The notes under the pieces: model-generated | What the model was told of the DNA's origin: nothing | The model's database searches: none | Seen by the model: only the letters and a program-made list of their open reading frames with translations | In this document: positions 30,801-46,100 of the stretch, in pieces | Numbering within the stretch: the stretch's first letter is position 1 | Layout: the number at the start of each line of letters is the position of its first letter | Source: Bugula neritina | Lineage: Eukaryota; Animalia; Bryozoa | Reading direction: 5' to 3' | NCBI GenBank assembly: GCA_964035545.1 | Contig: OZ037768.1 | Span: 14,889,675 to 14,953,674, forward strand | DNA length: 64,000 nucleotides | Made by a program: the position numbers and the translations under genes

Positions 30801-33655
30801 AATATACCGCAACATACCGAAGTATATGGTAGCCTACTGAAATATACTGCGACATACTGAAATACACTGTAACGTACTAAAATACACTGCAACATACTGA
30901 AATACACTGTAACATATTGAAATACACTGCAACACACTGAAATATACTGAAACATACCGAAATATATGGTAACCCACTGAAATATGTTGCAAACCACTGA
31001 AATATACTGCAACATACTGCAACATAATGAAGTATACTGCAACAGACTGAAATATACGGCAAGAAACTGCAACACACTGAAATACACTGTAACATACTGA
31101 AGTACACTGCAACATACTGAAAAATACTGCATGATACTGCAACATACTGATACACATTGTAAGATACTGAAATACACTGCAACATACCGCAACATACTGC
31201 AACGTATTGAAATACACTGTAACATATTGAAAAACACTGCAACACATTGAAATATACTGCAACATACTGAAACATACGACAACATACTGAAATATACTGC
31301 GACACATTGAAATATAGTGCAACATACTGAAATATGCTGTAGCATACTGAAATACACTGCAATACACTGAAGTATACTGTAATATACAGATTCGTACTGT
31401 AACATACTGAAACATACGGCAACATACTAAAATATACTACGACACATTGAAAGATACTGCAACATACTGAAATACACCGTAACATACTAAACTCCACTGC
31501 GACATTTTGAAATACACTGTAACACATTAAAATACACTGCAACACATTGAATTATACTGAAATACATTGTAGGATACTGAAATACACTGCAAGATACTGC
31601 AACATACCAAAAAATATGGTAACCTACTGAAATATGTTACAAACTACTGAAACATACTGCAACCTACTGCAACATAATGAAATATACTGCAACATACTGA
31701 AAGATACTGCAACATACTGTAACTAACTAAAATACACTGTAACATACTGAAATATACTGCAACATACTGAAATATACTGCAAGATACTGCAACATACTGA
31801 AATACATTGTAAGAGACTGAAATACACTGCAACATACTGCATTATACTGCAACATACTGCAACATATTGAAATACAATGTAACAAACTGAAAGATACTGC
31901 AACATACTGAAATACACTATAGAATACCCAAATATACTGCAACATACTGAAATATACTGCAAGATACTGCAAAATACTGAAGTACATTGTAAGATACCTA
32001 AATACACTGCAACATACTGCAACATACTGCAACATATTGAAATACACTGTAACATATTGAAAAACAGTGCAACACATTGAAATATACCGCAACATACCGA
32101 AGTATATGGTAGCCTACTGAAATATACTGCGACATACTGAAATACACTGTAACGTACTGAAATACACTGCAACATACTGAAATACACTGTAACAGATTAA
32201 AATACACTGCAACACACTGAAATATACTGAAACATACTGAAATATATGGTAACCCACTGAAATCTGTTGCAGACCACTGAAATATACTGCAACATACTGC
32301 AACATAATGAATAATACTGCAACATACTGAAAAATACTGCAAGATACTGCAACATACTGATACACATTGTAAGATACTGAAATACACTGCAACATACCGC
32401 AACATACTGCAACGTATTGAAATACACTGTAACATATTGAAAAACACTGCAACACATTGAAATATACTGCAACATACTGAAACATACGGCAACATACTGA
32501 AATATACTGCGACACATTGAAATATAGTGCAACATACTGAAATATGCTGTAGCATACTGAAATACACTGCAATACACTGAAATATACTGTAATATACAGA
32601 TTCGTACTGTAACATACTGAAACATACGGCAACATACTAAAATATACTGCGACACATTGAAATATACTGCAACATACTGAAATACACCGTAACATACTAA
32701 ACTCCACTGCAACATTCTGAAATACACTGTAACACATTGAAATACACTGCAACACAGGGAGTTATACTGAAATACATTGTGAGATACGGAAACACACTGC
32801 AACATACTGTAACATAATGAAATATAAGGTAACCTACTGAAATATGTTGAAAACTACTGAAATATACTGCAACATAATGCAACATAATGAAAGATACTGC
32901 AACATACTGAAATAAACTGCAAGATACTGCAACATACTGAAATACACTGCAACACACTGAAGTATACTGTAATATACAGAAATGTACTGTAAAATACTGA
33001 AATATACTTCAACATACTGAAAAATACCTAAAAATATTGAAACATACTGATATACACTGAAACATACTGAAATACACTGCAACACATTGGAATATACTGC
33101 AACATACCGAAATATATGGTAACCTACTGAAGTATGTTGCAAACTACTGAAATATACTGCAACATACTGAAATACGCCGTAACATACTGAAATACACTGC
33201 AACATACTGAAATACACTGTAACATATTGAAATACACTGCAACACACTGAAATATACTGAAACATACCGAAATATATGGTAACCTACTGAAATATGTTGC
33301 AAACCACTGAAACATACTGCATCATCCTGCAACAAAATGAAATATACGGTAACACTGAAGCTTACTGCAATTTACTGAAATATACTGTAACATACTAAGA
33401 CATACTGCAACATACCGAAAAATATGGTAACCTACTGAAATATGTTACAAACTACTGAAACATACTGCAACATACTGCAACCTAATGAAATATACTGCAA
33501 CATAATGAAATATACTGCAACATACTGAAAGATACTGCAAGTTACTGCAAAATACTGAAATACATTGTAAGATACCTAAATACACTGCAACATACTGCAA
33601 CATACTGCAACATACTAAAATATACTGCGACACATTGAAATATACTGAAATATAC

Positions 33656-33970
33656 AAAAAACCGTTTGACCATCCATCAGCGCCTCTATTTACTAAGCAT
33701 AAAGTTCTCTCAATATACCAGATTTACCGTTTTAAAGTGTTAAAGAAAGCTCATTCTTTTTTCTACTCTGACAATTTTTTTCCCACTCACTCTATCAATA
33801 CACGTCAATCATTCATAAATCTCCCCCTTCCTCACTCTCAAACAGCAGCAGGTCACAGAAGAAACTGTTATCAGGAGGTGGCACTATGGAATGAACTGCC
33901 AATCCCTTTACGGTCAATTAGCAACCCTAATGAATTTGGGAGGAAGTTGAGGCTTTATCTGTTAGAATAG
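33656..33970 (+). pseudogene. C-terminal 104 aa of LINE ORF2 (region after the RT domain); fragment with no genuine start codon
   Basis: KKPFDHPSAPLFTKHKVLSIYQIY...HSINTR...YQEVALWNELPIPLRSISNPNEFGRKLRLYLLE* fits the pattern HxxPLF...HxxxTR...LWNxLP...FxxxLxxxL typical of CR1/L2-group ORF2 ends. No internal stop or frameshift. The ORF-track start (TTG 33635) lies in satellite. Confidence 0.82.
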
Positions 33971-34019
33971 TTGTATTTTTTTTGTATTTTTCTGGATAGA
34001 GTCGCTGTCAGCTCGTGTT

Positions 34020-34058
34020 GGCCCGCGCATGACTAGCTAGGCTATAGCGCAATGGGCC
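34020..34058 (+). other. Predicted 3' UTR stem-loop of the LINE
   Basis: GGCCC 34020-24 pairs with GGGCC 34054-58, GCGC 34025-28 with GCGC 34047-50, and TAGC 34034-37 with GCTA 34041-44 around a TAG loop. Paired by eye, not by a folding program. Confidence 0.6.
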
Positions 34059-34116
34059 TCATCATCGCCTCCTTGGCATTTTCTAATGTCCTTGTGTTAT
34101 TAAATACCTTTGATGA

Positions 34117-34144
34117 AATAAACCAAACAAACAAACAAACAAAC
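34117..34144 (+). repeat. LINE 3' terminus: AATAAA followed by (CAAA)5C tail
   Basis: AATAAA 34117-34122, CAAA x5 34124-34143, C 34144. Short tandem-repeat tails are characteristic of CR1/L2-group elements. Confidence 0.9.
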
Positions 34145-37100
34145 ATATAGTGCAACATACTGAAATATGCTGTAGCATACTGAAATACACTGCAATACAC
34201 TGAAGTATACTGTAATATACAGAAACGTACTGTAACATACTGAAACATACGGCAACATACTAAAATATACTGCGACACATTGAAACATACTGCAACATAC
34301 TGAAATACACCAAAACATACTAAACTCCCCTGCAACATTCTGAAATACACTGTAACACATTGAAATACACTGCAACACAGTGAATTGCACTGAAATACAT
34401 TGTAAGATACGGAAACACACTGCAACATACTGCAACATAATGAAATATATGGTAACCTACTGAAATATGTTGAAAACTACTGAAATATACTGCAACATTA
34501 TGCAACATAATGAAAGATACTGCAATATACTGAGATAAACTGCAAGATACTGCAACATACTGAAATACACTGTAACATACTGAAATACACTGTAACATAT
34601 TGAAATACACTGCGACATACTGCAACATACTGAAAAACGCTGTAACATATTGAAATACACTGCAAGACACTGAAATATTCCGCAACATACCGAAATATAT
34701 GGTAATCTAATGAGATATTCTGTAACACGTTGAAGTACACTGCAACATACTGAAATACACTGCAACACACTAAATTATACTGTAATTTACAGAAATGTAC
34801 TGCAACATACTGGAATATACTGCAAGATACTGCAACATACTGAAATACACTGTAACATATTGAAATACACTGCAACACACTGAAATATACTAAAACATAC
34901 CGAAATATATGGTAACCTACTGAAGTATGTTGCAAACTACTGAAATATATTGCAACATACTGAAATACGCCGTAACATACTGAAATACACTGCAACATAC
35001 TGAAATACACTGTAACAAATTGAAATACACTGCAACACACTGAAATATACTGAAACATACCGAAATATAAGGTAACCTACTGAAATATGTTGCAAACCAC
35101 TGAAACATACTGCATAATCCTGCAACAAAATGAAATAAACGGTAACACTGAAGCAAACTGCAATATACTGAGATATACTGCAACATACTGCAACATAATG
35201 AAGTATACTGCAACAGACTGAAATATACTGCAACATACTGAAATACACTGTAACATATTGAAATACACTGCAACACACTCAAATATACTGAAACATACCG
35301 AAATATATGGTAACCTACTGAAATATGTTGCAAACCACTGAAACATACTGCATCATCCTGCAACAAAATGAAGTATACGGTAACACTGAAGCATACTGCA
35401 ACATACTGTAACATACTAAGACATACTGCAACATACCGAAAAATATGGTAACCTACTGAAATATGTTACAAACTATTGAAATATACTGCAGCATACTGCA
35501 AAATAATGAAATATACTGCAACATACTGAAAGATACTGCAACATACCGAAATACACTATAGAATACCGAAATATACTGCAACATACTGAAACATACTGCA
35601 AGATACTGCAAAATACTGAAATACATTGTAGGATACCTAAATACACTGCAACATACTGCAACATACTGCAACATATTGAACTACACTGTAACATATTGAA
35701 AAACACTGCAACACATTGAAATATACCGCAACATACCGAAGTATATGGTAGCCTACTGAAATATACTGCGACATACTGAAATACACTGTAACGTACTAAA
35801 ATACACTGCAACATACTGAAATACACTGTAACATATTGAAATACACTGCAACACACTGAAATATACTGAAACATACCGAAATATATGGTAACCCACTGAA
35901 ATATGTTGCAAACCACTGAAATATACTGCAACATACTGCAACATAATGAAGTATACTGCAACAGACTGAAATATACGGCAAGAAACTGCAACACACTGAA
36001 ATACACTGTAACATACTGAAGTACACTGCAACATACTGAAAAATACTGCATGATACTGCAACATACTGATACACATTGTAAGATACTGAAATACACTGCA
36101 ACATACCGCAACATACTGCAACGTATTGAAATACACTGTAACATATTGAAAAACACTGCAACACATTGAAATATACTGCAACATACTGAAACATACGACA
36201 ACATACTGAAATATACTGCGACACATTGAAATATAGTGCAACATACTGAAATATGCTGTAGCATACTGAAATACACTGCAATACACTGAAGTATACTGTA
36301 ATATACAGATTCGTACTGTAACATACTGAAACATACGGCAACATACTAAAATATACTACGACACATTGAAAGATACTGCAACATACTGAAATACACCGTA
36401 ACATACTAAACTCCACTGCGACATTTTGAAATACACTGTAACACATTAAAATACACTGCAACACATTGAATTATACTGAAATACATTGTAGGATACTGAA
36501 ATACACTGCAAGATACTGCAACATACCAAAAAATATGGTAACCTACTGAAATATGTTACAAACTACTGAAACATACTGCAACCTACTGCAACATAATGAA
36601 ATATACTGCAACATACTGAAAGATACTGCAACATAATGCAACATACTGAAATACACTATAGAATATTGAAATATACTGCAACATACTGAAATATACAGCA
36701 AGATACTGCGAAATACTGAAATACATAGTAAGATACCTAAATACACTGCAACATACTGCAACATACTGCAACATATTGAAATACACTGTAACATATTGAA
36801 AAACACTGCAACACATTGAAATATACCGCAACACACCGAAATATATGGTAGCCTACTGAAATATACTGCGACATACTGAAATACACTGTAACGTATTGAA
36901 ATACACTGCAACATACTGAAATACACTGTAACATATTAAAATACACTGCAACACACTGAAATATACTGAAACATACTGAAATACGCCGTAACATACTGAA
37001 ATACACTGCAACATACTGAAATACACTGTAACAAATTGAAATACACTGCAACACACTGAAATATACTGAAACATACCGAAATATAAGGTAACCTACTGAA

Positions 37101-40100
37101 ATATATTGAAAACTACTGAAATATACTGCAACATAATGCAACATAATGAAAGATACTGCAACATACTGAAATAAACTGCAAGATACTGCAACATACTGAA
37201 ATACACTGCAACACACTGAAGTATACTGTAATATACAGAAATGTACTGTAAAATACTGAAATATACTTCAACATACTGAAAAATACCTAAAAATATTGAA
37301 ACATACTGATATACACTGAAACATACTGAAATACACTGCAACACATTGGAATATACTGCAACATACCGAAATATATGGTAACCTACTGAAGTATGTTGCA
37401 AACTACTGAAATATACTGCAACATACTGAAATACGCCGTAACATACTGAAATACACTGCAACATACTGAAATACACTGTAACAAATTGAAATACACTGCA
37501 ACACACTGAAATATACTGAAACATACCGAAATATAAGGTAACCTACTGAAATATGTTGCAAACCACTGAAACATACTGCATAATCCTGCAACAAAATGAA
37601 ATAAACGGTAACACTGAAGCAAACTGCAATATACTGAGATATACTGCAACATACTAAGACATACTGCAACATACCTAAATATATGGTAACCTACTGAAAT
37701 ATGTTGCAAACGACTGAAATATACTGCCACATACTGCAACATATTGAAGTATACTGCAACATACTGAAATATACTGCAAGATACTGCAACATACTGACAT
37801 ACACTGTAACATACTGAAATACACTGCAACATACTGAAATATACTGCAAGATACTGCAACATACTGAAACACATTGTAAGATACTGAAATACACTGCAAC
37901 ATACCGCAACATACTGCAACGTATTGAAATACACTGTAACATATTGAAAAACACTGCAACACATTGAAATATACTGCAACATACTAAAACATACGGCAAC
38001 ATACTGAAAAATACTGCGACACATTGAAATATAGTGCAACATACTGAAATATGCTGTAGCATACTGAAATACACTGCAATACACTGAAGTATACTGTAAT
38101 ATACAGATTTGTACTGTAACATACTGAAGCATACGGCAACATACTAAAATATACTGCGACACATTGAAATATACTGCAACATACTGAAATACACCGTAAC
38201 ATACTAAACTCCACTGCAACATTCTGAAATACACTGTAACACATTGAAGTACACTGCAACACAGGGAATTATACTGAAATACATTGTAAGATACGAAAAC
38301 ACACTGCAACATACTGCAACATAATGAAATATATGGTAACCTACTGAAATATGTTGAAAACTACTGAAATATACTGCAACATTATGCAACATAATGAAAG
38401 ATACTGCAATATACTGAAATAAACTGCAAGATACTGCAACATACTGAAATACATTGTAACATACTGAAAAACACTGTAACATATTGAAATACACTGCGAC
38501 ATACTGCAACATACTGAAAAACGCTGTAACATATTGAAATACACTGCAACACATTGAAATATTCCGCAACATACAGAGATATATGGTAAGCTAATGAGAT
38601 ATACTGTAACACGTTGAAGTACACTGCAACATACTGAAATACACTGCAACACACTAAATTATACTGTAATTTACATAAATGTACTGCAACATACTGAAAT
38701 ATACTGCAAGATACTGCAACATACTGAAATACACTGTAACATACTGAAATACACTGCAACATACTGAAATATACTGCATGATACTGCAACATACTGATAC
38801 ACATTGTAAGATACTGAAATGCACTGCAACATACTGAAATATACTGCATGATACTGCTACATACTCATACACATTGTAAGATACTGAAATACACTGCAAC
38901 ATACCGCAACATACTGCAACGTATTGAATTACACTGTAACATATTGAAAAACACTGCAACACATTGAAACATACTGCAACATACTGAAACATACGGCAAC
39001 ATACTGAAATATACTGCGACACATTGAAATATAGTGCAACATACTGAAATATGCTGTAGCATACTGAAATACACTGCAATACACTGAAGTATACTGTAAT
39101 ATACAGAAACGTACTGTAACATACTGAAACATACGGCAACATACTACAATATACTGTGACACATTGAAGTATACTGCAACATACTGAAATACACCGTAAC
39201 ATACTGAAATACACTGCAACATACTGAAATACACTGTAACACATTGAAATACACTGCAACACAGGGAGTTATACTGAAATACATTGTAAGATACGGAAAC
39301 ACACTGCAACATACTGTAACATAATGAAATATAAGGTAACCTACTGAAATATGTTGAAAACTACTGAAATATACTGCAACATACTGAAATACGCCGTAAC
39401 ATACTGAAATACACTGCAACATACTGAAATACACTGTAACATATTGAAATACACTGCAACACACTGAAATATACTGAAACATACCGAAATATATGGTAAC
39501 CTACTGAAATATGTTGCAAACCACTGAAACATACTGCATCATCCTGCAACAAAATGAAATATACGGTAACACTGAAGCATACTGCAATTTACTGAAATAT
39601 ACTGTAACATACTAAGACATACTGCAACATACCGAAAAATATGGTAACCTACTGAAATATGTTACAAACTACTGAAACATACTGCAACATACTGCAACAT
39701 AATGAAATATACTGCAACATAATGAAATATACTGCAACATACTGAAAGATACTGCAAGTTACTGCAAAATACTGAAATACATTGTAAGATACCTAAATAC
39801 ACTGCAACATACTGCAACATACTGCAACGTATTGAAATACACTGTAACATATTGAAAAACACTGCAACACATTGAAATATACTGCAACATACTAAAACAT
39901 ACGGCAACATACTGAAATATACTGCGACACATTGAAATATAGTGCAACATACTGAAATATGCTGTAGCATACTGAAATACACTGCAATACACTGAAGTAT
40001 ACTGTAATATACAGAAACGTACTGTAACATACTGAAACATACGGCAACATACTAAAATATACTGCGACACATTGAAACATACTGCAACATACTGAAATAC

Positions 40101-43100
40101 ACCAAAACATACTAAACTCCCCTGCAACATTCTGAAATACACTGTAACACATTGAAATACACTGCAACACAGTGAATTGCACTGAAATACATTGTAAGAT
40201 ACGGAAACACACTGCAACATACTGCAACATAATGAAATATATGGTAACCTACTGAAATATGTTGAAAACTACTGAAATATACTGCAACATTATGCAACAT
40301 AATGAAAGATACTGCAATATACTGAAATAAACTGCAAGATACTGCAACATACTGAAATACACTGTAACATACTGAAATACACTGTAACATATTGAAATAC
40401 ACTGCGACATACTGAAATACACTGCGACATACTGCAACATACTCAAAAACGCTGTAACATATTGAAATACACTGCAACACATTGAAATATTCCGCAACAT
40501 ACCGAGATATATGGTAAGCTAATGAGATATACTGTAACACGTTGAAGTACACTGCAACATACTGAAATACACTGCAACACACTAAATTATACTGTAATTT
40601 ACAGAAATGTACTGCAACATACTGAAACATACGGCAACATACTAAAATATACTGCGACACATTGAAATATACTGAAACATACCGAAATATATGGTAACCT
40701 ACTGAAGTATGTTGCAAACTACTGAAATATACTGCAACATACTGAAATACGCCGTAACATACTGAAATACACTGCAACATACTGAAATACACTGTAACAT
40801 ATTGAAATACACTGCAACACACTGAAATATACTGAAACATACCGAAATATATGGTAACCTACTGAAATATGTTGCAAACCACTGAAACATACTGCATCAT
40901 CCTGCAACAAAATGAAATATACGGTAACACTGAAGCTTACTGCAATTTACTGAAATATACTGTAACATACTAAGACATACTGCAACATACCGAAAAATAT
41001 GGTAACCTACTGAAATATGTTACAAACTACTGAAACATACTGCAACATACTGCAACCTAATGAAATATACTGCAACATAATGAAATATACTGCAACATAC
41101 TGAAAGATACTGCAAGTTACTGCAAAATACTGAAATACATTGTAAGATACCTAAATACACTGCAACATACTGCAACATACTGCAACGTATTGAAATACAC
41201 TGTAACATATTGAAAAACACTGCAACACATTGAAATATACTGCAACATACTAAAACATACGGCAACATACTGAAATATACTGCGACACATTGAAATATAG
41301 TGCAACATACTGAAATATGCTGTAGCATACTGAAATACACTGCAATACACTGAAGTATACTGTAATATACAGAAACGTACTGTAACATACTGAAACATAC
41401 GGCAACATACTAAAATATACTGCGACACATTGAAACATACTGCAACATACTGAAATACACCAAAACATACTAAACTCCCCTGCAACATTCTGAAATACAC
41501 TGTAACACATTGAAATACACTGCAACACAGTGAATTGCACTGAAATACATTGTAAGATACGGAAACACACTGCAACATACTGCAACATAATGAAATATAT
41601 GGTAACCTACTGAAATATGTTGAAAACTACTGAAATATACTGCAACATTATGCAACATAATGAAAGATACTGCAATATACTGAGATAAACTGCAAGATAC
41701 TGCAACATACTGAAATACACTGTAACATACTGAAATACACTGTAACATATTGAAATACACTGCGACATACTGCAACATACTGAAAAACGCTGTAACATAT
41801 TGAAATACACTGCAAGACACTGAAATATTCCGCAACATACCGAAATATATGGTAATCTAATGAGATATTCTGTAACACGTTGAAGTACACTGCAACATAC
41901 TGAAATACACTGCAACACACTAAATTATACTGTAATTTACAGAAATGTACTGCAACATACTGGAATATACTGCAAGATACTGCAACATACTGAAATACAC
42001 TGTAACATATTGAAATACACTGCAACACACTGAAATATACTAAAACATACCGAAATATATGGTAACCTACTGAAGTATGTTGCAAACTACTGAAATATAT
42101 TGCAACATACTGAAATACGCCGTAACATACTGAAATACACTGCAACATACTGAAATACACTGTAACAAATTGAAATACACTGCAACACACTGAAATATAC
42201 TGAAACATACCGAAATATAAGGTAACCTACTGAAATATGTTGCAAACCACTGAAACATACTGCATAATCCTGCAACAAAATGAAATAAACGGTAACACTG
42301 AAGCAAACTGCAATATACTGAGATATACTGCAACATACTGCAACATAATGAAGTATACTGCAACAGACTGAAATATACTGCAACATACTGAAATACACTG
42401 TAACATATTGAAATACACTGCAACACACTCAAATATACTGAAACATACCGAAATATATGGTAACCTACTGAAATATGTTGCAAACCACTGAAACATACTG
42501 CATCATCCTGCAACAAAATGAAGTATACGGTAACACTGAAGCATACTGCAACATACTGTAACATACTAAGACATACTGCAACATACCGAAAAATATGGTA
42601 ACCTACTGAAATATGTTACAAACTATTGAAATATACTGCAGCATACTGCAACATAATGAAATATACTGCAACATACTGAAAGATACTGCAACATACCGAA
42701 ATACACTATAGAATACCGAAATATACTGCAACATACTGAAACATACTGCAAGATACTGCAAAATACTGAAATACATTGTAGGATACCTAAATACACTGCA
42801 ACATACTGCAACATACTGCAACATATTGAACTACACTGTAACATATTGAAAAACACTGCAACACATTGAAATATACCGCAACATACCGAAGTATATGGTA
42901 GCCTACTGAAATATACTGCGACATACTGAAATACACTGTAACGTACTAAAATACACTGCAACATACTGAAATACACTGTAACATATTGAAATACACTGCA
43001 ACACACTGAAATATACTGAAACATACCGAAATATATGGTAACCCACTGAAATATGTTGCAAACCACTGAAATATACTGCAACATACTGCAACATAATGAA

Positions 43101-46100
43101 GTATACTGCAACAGACTGAAATATACGGCAAGAAACTGCAACACACTGAAATACACTGTAACATACTGAAGTACACTGCAACATACTGAAAAATACTGCA
43201 TGATACTGCAACATACTGATACACATTGTAAGATACTGAAATACACTGCAACATACCGCAACATACTGCAACGTATTGAAATACACTGTAACATATTGAA
43301 AAACACTGCAACACATTGAAATATACTGCAACATACTGAAACATACGACAACATACTGAAATATACTGCGACACATTGAAATATAGTGCAACATACTGAA
43401 ATATGCTGTAGCATACTGAAATACACTGCAATACACTGAAGTATACTGTAATATACAGATTCGTACTGTAACATACTGAAACATACGGCAACATACTAAA
43501 ATATACTACGACACATTGAAAGATACTGCAACATACTGAAATACACCGTAACATACTAAACTCCACTGCGACATTTTGAAATACACTGTAACACATTAAA
43601 ATACACTGCAACACATTGAATTATACTGAAATACATTGTAGGATACTGAAATACACTGCAAGATACTGCAACATACCAAAAAATATGGTAACCTACTGAA
43701 ATATGTTACAAACTACTGAAACATACTGCAACCTACTGCAACATAATGAAATATACTGCAACATACTGAAAGATACTGCAACATACTGTAACTAACTAAA
43801 ATACACTGTAACATACTGAAATATACTGCAACATACTGAAATATACTGCAAGATACTGCAACATACTGAAATACATTGTAAGAGACTGAAATACACTGCA
43901 ACATACTGCATTATACTGCAACATACTGCAACATATTGAAATACAATGTAACAAACTGAAAGATACTGCAACATACTGAAATACACTATAGAATACCCAA
44001 ATATACTGCAACATACTGAAATATACTGCAAGATACTGCAAAATACTGAAGTACATTGTAAGATACCTAAATACACTGCAACATACTGCAACATACTGCA
44101 ACATATTGAAATACACTGTAACATATTGAAAAACAGTGCAACACATTGAAATATACCGCAACATACCGAAGTATATGGTAGCCTACTGAAATATACTGCG
44201 ACATACTGAAATACACTGTAACGTACTGAAATACACTGCAACATACTGAAATACACTGTAACAGATTAAAATACACTGCAACACACTGAAATATACTGAA
44301 ACATACTGAAATATATGGTAACCCACTGAAATCTGTTGCAGACCACTGAAATATACTGCAACATACTGCAACATAATAAATAATACTGCAACATACTGAA
44401 AAATACTGCAAGATACTGCAACATACTGATACACATTGTAAGATACTGAAATACACTGCAACATACCGCAACATACTGCAACGTATTGAAATACACTGTA
44501 ACATATTGAAAAACACTGCAACACATTGAAATATACTGCAACATACTGAAACATACGGCAACATACTGAAATATACTGCGACACATTGAAATATAGTGCA
44601 ACATACTGAAATATGCTGTAGCATACTGAAATACACTGCAATACACTGAAATATACTGTAATATACAGATTCGTACTGTAACATACTGAAACATACGGCA
44701 ACATACTAAAATATACTGCGACACATTGAAATATACTGCAACATACTGAAATACACCGTAACATACTAAACTCCACTGCAACATTCTGAAATACACTGTA
44801 ACACATTGAAATACACTGCAACACAGGGAGTTATACTGAAATACATTGTAAGATACGGAAACACACTGCAACATACTGTAACATAATGAAATATAAGGTA
44901 ACCTACTGAAATATGTTGAAAACTACTGAAATATACTGCAACATAATGCAACATAATGAAAGATACTGCAACATACTGAAATAAACTGCAAGATACTGCA
45001 ACATACTGAAATACACTGCAACACACTGAAGTATACTGTAATATACAGAAATGTACTGTAAAATACTGAAATATACTTCAACATACTGAAAAATACCTAA
45101 AAATATTGAAACATACTGATATACACTGAAACATACTGAAATACACTGCAACACATTGGAATATACTGCAACATACCGAAATATATGGTAACCTACTGAA
45201 GTATGTTGCAAACTACTGAAATATACTGCAACATACTGAAATACGCCGTAACATACTGAAATACACTGCAACATACTGAAATACACTGTAACATATTGAA
45301 ATACACTGCAACACACTGAAATATACTGAAACATACCGAAATATATGGTAACCTACTGAAATATGTTGCAAACCACTGAAACATACTGCATCATCCTGCA
45401 ACAAAATGAAATATACGGTAACACTGAAGCTTACTGCAATTTACTGAAATATACTGTAACATACTAAGACATACTGCAACATACCGAAAAATATGGTAAC
45501 CTACTGAAATATGTTACAAACTACTGAAACATACTGCAACATACTGCAACCTAATGAAATATACTGCAACATAATGAAATATACTGCAACATACTGAAAG
45601 ATACTGCAAGTTACTGCAAAATACTGAAATACATTGTAAGATACCTAAATACACTGCAACATACTGCAACATACTGCAACGTATTGAAATACACTGTAAC
45701 ATATTGAAAAACACTGCAACACATTGAAATATACTGCAACATACTAAAACATACGGCAACATACTGAAATATACTGCGACACATTGAAATATAGTGCAAC
45801 ATACTGAAATATGCTGTAGCATACTGAAATACACTGCAATACACTGAAGTATACTGTAATATACAGAAACGTACTGTAACATACTGAAACATACGGCAAC
45901 ATACTAAAATATACTGCGACACATTGAAACATACTGCAACATACTGAAATACACCAAAACATACTAAACTCCCCTGCAACATTCTGAAATACACTGTAAC
46001 ACATTGAAATACACTGCAACACAGTGAATTGCACTGAAATACATTGTAAGATACGGAAACACACTGCAACATACTGCAACATAATGAAATATATGGTAAC

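Larger units (their letters stand above)
1..33655 (+). repeat. 10-bp satellite array, left of the retrotransposon insertion
   Basis: Continuous head-to-tail 10-mers (GCAACATACT, GAAATATACT, GAAATACACT, GTAACATACT), visible as fixed column phase in the listing. GCAAC- and GAAAT-type monomers often alternate as a 20-bp dimer. The array runs off the left edge. Confidence 0.99.
33656..34144 (+). mobile_element. 5'-truncated non-LTR retrotransposon (LINE), probably CR1 group (L2/Crack/Daphne/Kiri-like)
   Basis: Only non-satellite sequence in the window. It has an open frame ending at TAG 33968-33970, a T-rich 3' UTR start, a stem-loop, AATAAA at 34117-34122 and a (CAAA)5 tail. Homologous satellite sites at 29225/6, 41294/5 and 45788/9 are empty. 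The clade call rests on recalled motifs, not a search. Confidence 0.88.
27387..36635 (+). repeat. 4494-bp period duplication; second copy carries the LINE
   Basis: Offset is 4494 before the insertion (27504/31998, 28340/32834, 28951/33445) and 4919 after it (29401/34320, 30554/35473). The 4494 period also appears at 41020/45514. Confidence 0.9.

Noticed and set aside
33635-33970. 111-aa ORF as a complete gene or satellite-LINE fusion protein
   Set aside because: The TTG start and first codons are satellite. The rest is a truncated ORF2 end with no promoter evidence.
33991-34000. TCTGGATAGA as an UnaL2-type GGAUA loop
   Set aside because: The stem is only 2-3 bp and lies far from the tail, so it is probably chance.
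33640-34149. ATATA as a confirmed target-site duplication
   Set aside because: ATATA occurs in a large share of monomers and the left flank is rearranged, so the match is not diagnostic.
34042-34438. Minus-strand ORFs running into the insertion
   Set aside because: Satellite frames reading through the antisense CAAA tail (VCLFV).
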